This document shows, one piece after another, positions 49,977 through 57,800 of a DNA stretch of 64,000 nt (the stretch's first letter is position 1; the number at the start of each line of letters is the position of its first letter). This stretch comes from a virus. Location: positions 1 to 64,000 of IMG/VR virus record IMGVR_UViG_3300045988_082442; one strand, written 5' to 3'. A program made the translations under genes and the position numbers. The notes below the pieces were generated by a model. It searched no databases. It was not told the DNA's origin and was given only the letters and a program-made list of their open reading frames with translations.

Positions 49977-52259
49977 ATGGAAAATGAAGAGCTAAATAAA
50001 ATATTAGAACAATATAAAACTGATTTAACAACTCATAATTTAGACGAAGAATCTCAATTAGAGGAAGTATTGAAATCAAGCTGTAGCTTATCAACAAAGA
50101 GTATTTTTGCTCTCAAGGTATTAATAAAAAAAATTCCCAATGGGGAATTAAGACATCAACAATTAGAGCTGATACATAGAATGAGTAATGTTATAGAAAC
50201 AGAAGATGATGGATTACTTCAAGCTGGAACTGGTGTTGGTAAAAGTATATCTTATTTAATACCTGCCATTATTAGTGGGAAGAAATGTTTTGTAACAACT
50301 TCTACAAAACAACTAACATCACAATTAACAGATAAAGACTTACCCCTATTAAAAGAGTATCTATTCCCAGATTTACAATATTCTGGTTTACAAAGCTTAT
50401 CTAATTATATATGTATTAAGAAGTATTTAGATATGTTTGAGGAAATTCAAGAAAACCCAGGTTTATATGAAAAAACAAGACCAGATGATTTAAAATCAGT
50501 AATGATAATAAAGCCTTACTATGAGAAATACTTATTAGGTAATATAAAACCTGTTGATTTTACTTTAGAAAGTACAGGTTGTGAATGTGAGAGTGCTCAA
50601 TGTTCTGGAGCTGGTTGTATTAGAGGTTGTAAATTCAAAAATAAATCTATCTGTCCTGTATATAGGTTATGTCAACAAATAATGGCTAGTGATGTAGTTG
50701 TTACTAATCATGCTTATGTTAGTAAAATGCTTGTTGGTGCAAGTAAAGATAAAGCAAAAGAATTAGGTTTATTAAAAGGTAGACCACTTTGGATATGTGA
50801 TGAAGCACATGATTTAGAGGGATATTTAGAAAATGCTTTCTCAACCAAATTAGAAGCAGGTGTTTTAAAATATGTTTATATTCCTAAATTGAAGAAGTAT
50901 TTAGAAACAATGGTAATGCAAGAAACTTTTAATAATACATTTAAAGAATATGATACTAAATTAAGGGAATCAAATATACCTGTTGATGATGAGTGTAGAT
51001 ACCACAGTTACGAACAATTAGCAAATGATGTAAGGTCAATTGGTTTAGTAATAGGTAGAATACTGAAGGTAATGGATAGATATAGATTTGATGCTGAGAA
51101 TGAAATTGAAAGTAAGACTAGCGTTGAAAGAGAATTTGAGTTTGATGATTCTGATAATGAAGAGATAAGCAAATGTATTGATATACTATTAAAGATACAA
51201 ATAAGATTAGAAACACTTACATCAGTAAATGTTAAGTATGTTCCAACTATTAGAAATATTGTATCTGATTTAGCAAATGCACTAGAGATATTTTATAAGT
51301 CAAGTGGTAACAAAGAATCTTATGTAACATACTATGATTATATGGCTCCAAGACATGATAATGATGACCCATTTAGTATATCTTCTACATTTTTACAATC
51401 TGGGGAAGCATTACAAGCAGCACTTGGTTGTTTAGATTTAGAGAAATCAGAATTAGTAACTGTAAATAAGAATAAAATAAATATGATAGGTGTCTCAGCT
51501 ACATTATGTGTTGGTGGAAGCTTTAGGGATACAGCAGAAAAATTAGGAATGACAAAATTAAAAGATATGCACTGTCAATGCACAGATGTAGGAACAGTGT
51601 TTGACTACCAAAAACAAGGTTTGATGTATATACCACAGGGAATACCAGATGTAAAGAAGAATAGAACAGAACATTTTGATTACTTTAAAAAGTCAATAAA
51701 AGAACTTATAAAGATATCACATGGTGGAGCATTGATACTTTGTACTACTATAAAAGAAACAACAGAAACATATCATTACTTATTAGAAGAATTTGGGGGT
51801 ACTTATACAGTTTTAAGTGCTGAAGATAAAAGATGGAAAACCAAAAATGATTTAGTAAAAGCATTCAGGGATGATGAGAATAGTATTCTAATTGGTACAA
51901 GAGGATTTTTCCAAGGTTTAGATGTGCAAGGTGATTCATTAAGACTATTATGTTTAAATAAACTTCCTTTTGGAAACCCAGGAGTAGTTAGTAAGAGAAA
52001 AGGAGAAATTGCTAAGTCAAAAGGTTTAGATGATTTCAGAATAACAGCAATAGTTCCAACTACAATGATGTTATTACAAGCTGTTGGCAGACTTATTAGA
52101 CATACATCAGACAAAGGAGTTATAGCATTATATGATAATAGACTTTATACTGGTTCCTATTGGATAAGTCCATTAACAATGTCTTTACCACCATTTAGAA
52201 CTACTACAGATTTAAAGGATGTTGAAGAATTTTTTACTGAAAACAAAAGTGAAGAATAG
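49977..52259 (+). CDS. DinG/XPD-family (Rad3-like) DNA helicase with Fe-S cluster cysteines
   Basis: AGTGVGKS; Cys cluster CECESAQCSGAGCIRGC..C; DEAHDLE; FQGLDVQGD; QAVGRLIRH. Confidence 0.85.
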   Translation: MENEELNKILEQYKTDLTTHNLDEESQLEEVLKSSCSLSTKSIFALKVLIKKIPNGELRHQQLELIHRMSNVIETEDDGLLQAGTGVGKSISYLIPAIISGKKCFVTTSTKQLTSQLTDKDLPLLKEYLFPDLQYSGLQSLSNYICIKKYLDMFEEIQENPGLYEKTRPDDLKSVMIIKPYYEKYLLGNIKPVDFTLESTGCECESAQCSGAGCIRGCKFKNKSICPVYRLCQQIMASDVVVTNHAYVSKMLVGASKDKAKELGLLKGRPLWICDEAHDLEGYLENAFSTKLEAGVLKYVYIPKLKKYLETMVMQETFNNTFKEYDTKLRESNIPVDDECRYHSYEQLANDVRSIGLVIGRILKVMDRYRFDAENEIESKTSVEREFEFDDSDNEEISKCIDILLKIQIRLETLTSVNVKYVPTIRNIVSDLANALEIFYKSSGNKESYVTYYDYMAPRHDNDDPFSISSTFLQSGEALQAALGCLDLEKSELVTVNKNKINMIGVSATLCVGGSFRDTAEKLGMTKLKDMHCQCTDVGTVFDYQKQGLMYIPQGIPDVKKNRTEHFDYFKKSIKELIKISHGGALILCTTIKETTETYHYLLEEFGGTYTVLSAEDKRWKTKNDLVKAFRDDENSILIGTRGFFQGLDVQGDSLRLLCLNKLPFGNPGVVSKRKGEIAKSKGLDDFRITAIVPTTMMLLQAVGRLIRHTSDKGVIALYDNRLYTGSYWISPLTMSLPPFRTTTDLKDVEEFFTENKSEE

Positions 52260-52271
52260 GAGGGTAATATC

Positions 52272-52403
52272 ATGGCTTTTGATTTAGATGATGAAGAATT
52301 AGAAGCAACTAGGGTATTTATCAATCATTTACCACCAAAGGAAAAACAAGATAGCAGTGTTGATAAAGATAACAAAGATGTTAAATTGAATGACAAGAAA
52401 TAA
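52272..52403 (+). CDS. hypothetical small acidic protein (43 aa)
   Basis: ATG 52272 with TAGGAGGG upstream. Confidence 0.45.
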   Translation: MAFDLDDEELEATRVFINHLPPKEKQDSSVDKDNKDVKLNDKK

Positions 52404-52441
52404 GTTTTAAAAATTGTCAATAATTTTAGGAGGTAGAAATT

Positions 52442-52726
52442 ATGGAAACTGATATGTTTGTAAAGGCAGCAAAATATCTTATACAAGATTTTTATAATAA
52501 TAGTCTTGATAAAACAGATAATGTTACATTGAAGGATGATGACATTTATGTTGTCTGGTATGCTAAAACTTTAAAAAATTCAAAAGGTTTATTAAGTACA
52601 AGGCTAATAGACGGAATGTATTTTGAAATTACTTATAATGGAACTGATAAAGAGTTCTACTTTGATGCCTATAAGAAATGGCAAAATAAAGCAGTAAAGG
52701 TGGAAGATATTGATGTTCTTAAATAA
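52442..52726 (+). CDS. hypothetical protein
   Basis: TAGGAGG RBS. 94 aa. Confidence 0.6.
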   Translation: METDMFVKAAKYLIQDFYNNSLDKTDNVTLKDDDIYVVWYAKTLKNSKGLLSTRLIDGMYFEITYNGTDKEFYFDAYKKWQNKAVKVEDIDVLK

Positions 52727-53150
52727 CAGGGAAGATATTAAGAAATCTATTACAAAATGTGAGCATTACCTAAAAAGTAATGCTCAAATACAGTATATAG
52801 AATCATGTGAAGATTCGGTAGCGTTTAAATCTGATGATATGACACATATAAAAGTTGTTACTGATGCTTTAAAAGAAGCTTTATATATGATTGATATACT
52901 AAATAAATCAGACTTTGACAAAGAAAAATCAAGTATGATGTATTATAATGATATGAAGGAATATAGAGATAAATCTAAAATGCAATCTGAAATGATTAGC
53001 CTTATGCTAGACTGGATAGTAGACCATAGTGATTGCCCATTAGAAAATGAAGATACTGATTTATACTGTGAAATTAGATGTAATGATGATAAAGGTTTAT
53101 ATAAAGATTGCTGGGAGCAGTTCTTTATAAATAAATTGAAGGATAAGTAG
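52713..53150 (+). CDS. hypothetical protein
   Basis: ATG 52713 after AAGGTGGAAG. Confidence 0.6.
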   Translation: MFLNNREDIKKSITKCEHYLKSNAQIQYIESCEDSVAFKSDDMTHIKVVTDALKEALYMIDILNKSDFDKEKSSMMYYNDMKEYRDKSKMQSEMISLMLDWIVDHSDCPLENEDTDLYCEIRCNDDKGLYKDCWEQFFINKLKDK

Positions 53151-53161
53151 GTGAGATTCAA

Positions 53162-53503
53162 ATGAGAATACATTTTAGCAAAGATTTAAAACATTGGTAT
53201 AAATTTATATTACCAAAAGATTTAAGACTTGTAGAACCCAAAATAAAGTGGTTATTTTGGGATATAGAATTTACACCAACAGAACAAAGAGATTACATAC
53301 ATGATAAGACAGGGCAATCAACTTTTGTATATTGTCCAAATTGTAATAATGAATTAGTTAATAGTAATAGTTTTGTGAAGGACACAGACTATGTTTATTA
53401 TAAATGTGATAAATGTGGAACAGATAGTAAATGGGATTTTGATTTTATATGTCCTATTTTAGTTGAATTTAGAAAGGAAGAGTATATTGAAAATAAAGAA
53501 TGA
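53162..53503 (+). CDS. hypothetical zinc-ribbon protein
   Basis: CPNCNN...CDKCGT. Confidence 0.6.
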   Translation: MRIHFSKDLKHWYKFILPKDLRLVEPKIKWLFWDIEFTPTEQRDYIHDKTGQSTFVYCPNCNNELVNSNSFVKDTDYVYYKCDKCGTDSKWDFDFICPILVEFRKEEYIENKE

Positions 53504-53753
53504 TATTGATTTACAAAAGTTAAGGAATTTTGGGTTTGAGTATGAGCCAGCAACTGGTGGATATTATAAAGTATATTTTCCAAAGTTTTTAAAATTCATA
53601 CCAATGGCAAGAAGTAATAAAGTAAGAGGTTTAGCCATTTATGATGATAGAAATATAATAATAAAGAAAAAATATGGATTTATGTGGATACCAGCATTTG
53701 AAGATGAGTTTGCAATACAAGATTTAATAGATGCTGGATATGTTGAAGCATAA
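53463..53753 (+). CDS. hypothetical protein (start uncertain)
   Basis: ORF with only TTG starts near the 5' end. Confidence 0.5.
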   Translation: MNLERKSILKIKNDIDLQKLRNFGFEYEPATGGYYKVYFPKFLKFIPMARSNKVRGLAIYDDRNIIIKKKYGFMWIPAFEDEFAIQDLIDAGYVEA

Positions 53754-53767
53754 GAGGGGGTTTATAA

Positions 53768-54865
53768 ATGAAATTATTTTTATATTCAGATGTACATATA
53801 AGTAGAACAAGTAGTATTCTACCAACAGTTAGTGAAAATGAAAAATATACATACAGACAGAATATGATTATAAAAACAGCAGAATGGATGTCAGAGATTA
53901 TAAAACAAGAAAATGCTGATATGATAATAAATTTAGGAGATACTTTTGACCAAAACACAATTACAAGTTATGATGTAGAAACAGCAAGTGAGTTTTTTAA
54001 GAGATTTCCTTCTGGTATTCGTCATCTTGTATTATGTGGAAATCATGAAATGTTAAATAGTAAAGATAATGTATTAAAGCTTCTAAACAATATAGAATGT
54101 ATCTCAGTAATAGATACAGTAACATCAATAGATAACTTATTATTGGTACCATATTGTGATTATAAGGATTTAGACCTTACATCTTACAATGAAGCTGACT
54201 ATTTGTTTTTACATCATGATGTTTATGGGAGTCAAATTGCACCAGGCAGAGTTTTAGATTTTGGTATTGAACAAAATAGTTTATCTAAATTTAAAAGAGT
54301 ATTTAATGGGCATGTTCATGCATCAAGTAAATTTGGTAATATTGTAAATGTTGGTAGCATAACAACTCATTCATTTGCAGATAGTCCTATTTCATATCCT
54401 ACTTGCTATATATTTGATACAGTTACAGGTGAACTAAAAGAGTTTTATAATAGAAATTGTCCTTTATTTAGAAAGATAAAGGCAGATACAATTCAGGAAT
54501 TACAAAATTATTTAGCAGTAAATTTGGAACAAGGTTGGAACTATATATTACATATTGACTGTTCTTTTGAAATAAAGAGTTCAGTAGAAGATATTATTAA
54601 GAATAGACCAAATGTTCTTAACTATAAGATTACTACAAAATCTATTAAACAAGATGGAGTTCCCGAATTAGAAAATACTAAAATAGAAAGCAACCTTGAT
54701 GTTAAGAAGTCATTCAAGGATTTCCTAAATACTGGTATTGAATTAAGATACCCAATGAATTTATATAATGAAGTAATTGGGGAAATAAAAGATAAAGAAG
54801 AAAATGTTAAAACAGACGATAAGATTGAAATATTGTCAAGCAATAAAGCAAATTCATTATTTTAG
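53768..54865 (+). CDS. sbcD: SbcD/Mre11-type nuclease (T4 gp47-like)
   Basis: Calcineurin-like phosphoesterase motifs DVHISR, GDTFD, GNHE, LHHD and GHVH. Confidence 0.8.
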   Translation: MKLFLYSDVHISRTSSILPTVSENEKYTYRQNMIIKTAEWMSEIIKQENADMIINLGDTFDQNTITSYDVETASEFFKRFPSGIRHLVLCGNHEMLNSKDNVLKLLNNIECISVIDTVTSIDNLLLVPYCDYKDLDLTSYNEADYLFLHHDVYGSQIAPGRVLDFGIEQNSLSKFKRVFNGHVHASSKFGNIVNVGSITTHSFADSPISYPTCYIFDTVTGELKEFYNRNCPLFRKIKADTIQELQNYLAVNLEQGWNYILHIDCSFEIKSSVEDIIKNRPNVLNYKITTKSIKQDGVPELENTKIESNLDVKKSFKDFLNTGIELRYPMNLYNEVIGEIKDKEENVKTDDKIEILSSNKANSLF

Positions 54866-54889
54866 ATATGAAAGAGAGGTTATAGAATA

Positions 54890-55060
54890 ATGAAGCATAA
54901 CTTTGAATTTAATATTGATTTCTGGGATAGTAAAACAGAATCAGACTTTTACAGATATAGGGATATATTAGTAAATCTTTCTGATATGGATACTATTCAA
55001 GCAACTCACTTTTTAGAAAATGTATATAGTTCAGTTGCAAGAGATTATGGAGATGAATAG
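54890..55060 (+). CDS. hypothetical small protein (56 aa)
   Basis: ATG 54890 with AGAGAGG upstream. Confidence 0.45.
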   Translation: MKHNFEFNIDFWDSKTESDFYRYRDILVNLSDMDTIQATHFLENVYSSVARDYGDE

Positions 55061-55070
55061 TTTTATCATT

Positions 55071-55084
55071 AAAGATGTTATAAT
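55071..55084 (+). promoter_or_regulatory. class-2 promoter AAAGATGTTATAAT
   Basis: Lies 20 nt upstream of ATG 55105. Confidence 0.6.
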
Positions 55085-55104
55085 TTATAGAGAGGTGTAA
55101 GAAG

Positions 55105-57786
55105 ATGAACTTAATACAAAATATTTTTCAAAACCCCAATTTTAAAGTTGAGGGTGACCATCATAAATTAAAGAAAAGAATATTGAAAGATATAATCAAC
55201 ATGAACTGGTTTAACGATTGTGATTTACTTATAGGATATTCAGATGGTCAAAGAGTATATACTAATCCAAAGCAATGGCAATTAGATGCAGCAAATAGTT
55301 TATTTGAGTTTTATTGGAATTATACAGTTGATAGATATACTAATTATGACGCACTAGAGGATGAAATTTATAACCACATGAAGAACTCAAAATATGTAGG
55401 GGTACAAACAACAGTATTACCAAAATTTACAATACCATTTAGAGCAGATAGTGGACAATGCATGATAGATGAAAATGGAAATCAAACATTTAGAGATGGA
55501 ACACCAACTAGACCATTTTATTCTTTAATCTATATTGCACAAAATGGATTTATTGATTTTGATGATAAGATTAGATTAAAAGACTGGGATTCAGTTATAA
55601 GAAGTAACCCTAAATATTTAAGATACTTTGAAACTTGTTTAGACCATTTTGCAGATGGTGAAAATAGTGTCAAGAAACAAATAAGAGATTTAGTTAAAAC
55701 ATATAAAGATTTTAGAGATTATTTGGACCCTAATCTTCCAATAGTAGAAGATAGAAAATGGTTGTATGATTTCTGTGTTGAAGTAGATGTAAAGTGTGAC
55801 CCTTATAAAAATTATGAAACAGAATTATTACATAAAAATGGTTTTATAGTTATGGGTGGTAATGAATATATTTATTATAATGATATACCATGTGTAAACT
55901 GTGGAAAACCACATTATAGAAATGGTTTATGTAAAGACTGTTGTGAAATGAATTTTAGAGATAGAATGATAGGTAATAAACTATATGGAAAAGCAAGTCA
56001 AAGAAGTAACTCAATGCATCTAAACGAAATAAAGTTAGCAGGTGCAGCTGCAAGTGCAAGTTCAAGTAGTTATAGAGTTAGTGGGGATACATCAAGACAA
56101 GCACACAGTATGGATGATGAGAGTATTATATCAGCAAGTACAAGTGCAATATCTAGCAGAGCAAGTAGAGCTGCAGGAGAACCAGCAACAGTAGGTATAA
56201 ATACATCTGGAAATTCAGCAGTTATAGTAGATGATGATATTGGTAACGCAGCAAGTTCAAATAGGTCAAGTTTTGTAAGTAGAGCTGCAGGTGTAAATCT
56301 ATCAAGTAGTATTACAGGTGTATCAACAGCAGTTTCAGAAGAAAGAATGTCAGACGCAAGTCATACAGCAGTAAAAAGTAACCCAAGTAGAGCTTCAGGT
56401 ATAACAGTTAGCCAGAATACAACTGGAATATCAACAGCAGTTTCAGAAGAAAGAATGTCAGACGCAAGTCATACAGCAGTTGCAAGTAAAGTAAGTAGAA
56501 TGCCAGGACAAAATATGGGAAATGTTACACAGGTAGGTACAACAACATCTGCTAGTAGTACATCTGTATCAGATGATGGTATTGGGGCAGCAGCAAATAC
56601 CAGTGTTTCAAGTGGAAGCAGTCAGTCAAGGGGACAAAATATTGGTATGCAAAAACCAAGTGCAACATCAAGTGTAATTGATGAGGAAACTTTACAATTT
56701 GCAAGTTATGATAGTAGAGTTGCAGCATTTACACATACTTCTGGTGCCTCAGATGTAACATCAAATGAAGAAGTACAAAGAGCAGGATTGGAATCAAGAA
56801 CAGCAGGTTTTCAAACAGCAGTTAGAGCTGTAAATATAGGAAACAGTGAATTTGCAAATTCTAGAACAAGAGTTGGTGTTAGCGTTGGAACTACAACATC
56901 AGAGCAATCATTTGCAAGGAATAAAGATACAGTTGATGAGACTGGAAAAGCAAGTAGGAGTAGTATTATAACATCCCCATCAGCAACAAATATAAATGAT
57001 GTTAATTTTATAGGAAATATAAAAGACTTTGTTTATACATCTCCTAATACAGTTAGATACTATTCATCTCAAGGTAAGATATTCGATATGACCATACCAA
57101 AAGGTTATAGATACCCAGATAATATATCAACAAATAGATTCTTTATGTTTGGTAGTTTTAATGGTAATCTTGAATTATTAAAACAATTCTGTCCACAAAA
57201 TGCTTTCGTATTTGACCCATTTGCAGGTCATGGAGATAGAGCATTATTCTTTATGGAATATGGTTGTAAAGCATATATAGGAAATGATACTAACGTAAAA
57301 GAATGGACATTTTTAAATGATAATCTAATCAAGTTAATAAACAAATACAAGAGATTTAACCAAAAATGTGAGGTTAGAATAAAGAACTCAATGATATATG
57401 AACCAGAATTAGAGAATAAAGTAGACTTTGTTTACACATCCCCACCATATTTTGATTTTGAAATGTATGATGGATTTACTGAACAGATAGCAGGAATGAA
57501 AACATACGATGACTTCCACAGAGAGTTTTCAGTACCTATATTCAAAAATGTATATAGATATATGAAAGATGGTGGTGTAGTTATTCTACAAACAGAAAAA
57601 GATGCAAAATTAAAACAAAAGTGGATAGATATGATGGTTAGTGTTGGTTTTAAAAACATTACAGAACATGATTTAAGTAATGAACAAAAACATGGAATAA
57701 ATAAAACTATTCAAGAGATAGGTATATTTGTTAAAGGTGACTATAACAGGGGAGAGGTAAAACAAACAACTAACACATTATTTTAG
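55105..57786 (+). CDS. fusion protein: unknown N-terminal domain + CxxC..CxxC + about 340-aa Ser/Ala/Thr-rich SR-repeat linker + C-terminal SAM-dependent (S)PPY methyltransferase
   Basis: Motif I is FVFDPFAGHGDRAL and motif IV is DFVYTSPPYFDF. Paralogue of 57801..59714. Confidence 0.7.
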   Translation: MNLIQNIFQNPNFKVEGDHHKLKKRILKDIINMNWFNDCDLLIGYSDGQRVYTNPKQWQLDAANSLFEFYWNYTVDRYTNYDALEDEIYNHMKNSKYVGVQTTVLPKFTIPFRADSGQCMIDENGNQTFRDGTPTRPFYSLIYIAQNGFIDFDDKIRLKDWDSVIRSNPKYLRYFETCLDHFADGENSVKKQIRDLVKTYKDFRDYLDPNLPIVEDRKWLYDFCVEVDVKCDPYKNYETELLHKNGFIVMGGNEYIYYNDIPCVNCGKPHYRNGLCKDCCEMNFRDRMIGNKLYGKASQRSNSMHLNEIKLAGAAASASSSSYRVSGDTSRQAHSMDDESIISASTSAISSRASRAAGEPATVGINTSGNSAVIVDDDIGNAASSNRSSFVSRAAGVNLSSSITGVSTAVSEERMSDASHTAVKSNPSRASGITVSQNTTGISTAVSEERMSDASHTAVASKVSRMPGQNMGNVTQVGTTTSASSTSVSDDGIGAAANTSVSSGSSQSRGQNIGMQKPSATSSVIDEETLQFASYDSRVAAFTHTSGASDVTSNEEVQRAGLESRTAGFQTAVRAVNIGNSEFANSRTRVGVSVGTTTSEQSFARNKDTVDETGKASRSSIITSPSATNINDVNFIGNIKDFVYTSPNTVRYYSSQGKIFDMTIPKGYRYPDNISTNRFFMFGSFNGNLELLKQFCPQNAFVFDPFAGHGDRALFFMEYGCKAYIGNDTNVKEWTFLNDNLIKLINKYKRFNQKCEVRIKNSMIYEPELENKVDFVYTSPPYFDFEMYDGFTEQIAGMKTYDDFHREFSVPIFKNVYRYMKDGGVVILQTEKDAKLKQKWIDMMVSVGFKNITEHDLSNEQKHGINKTIQEIGIFVKGDYNRGEVKQTTNTLF
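56321..56480 (+). repeat. tandem 108-bp duplication (52-nt perfect cores)
   Basis: 56321-56372 and 56429-56480 are identical (TATCAACAGCAGTTTCAGAAGAAAGAATGTCAGACGCAAGTCATACAGCAGT). They are in frame and encode ISTAVSEERMSDASHTAV twice. Confidence 0.9.
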
Positions 57787-57800
57787 AAAGAGGTTTTATA

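Noticed and set aside
55990-57010. Repetitive DNA in the methyltransferase linker, considered as a CRISPR array or non-coding VNTR.
   Set aside because: The repeats are in frame inside a long ORF and are degenerate, apart from one 108-bp duplication. They have no regular repeat-spacer periodicity and no leader.
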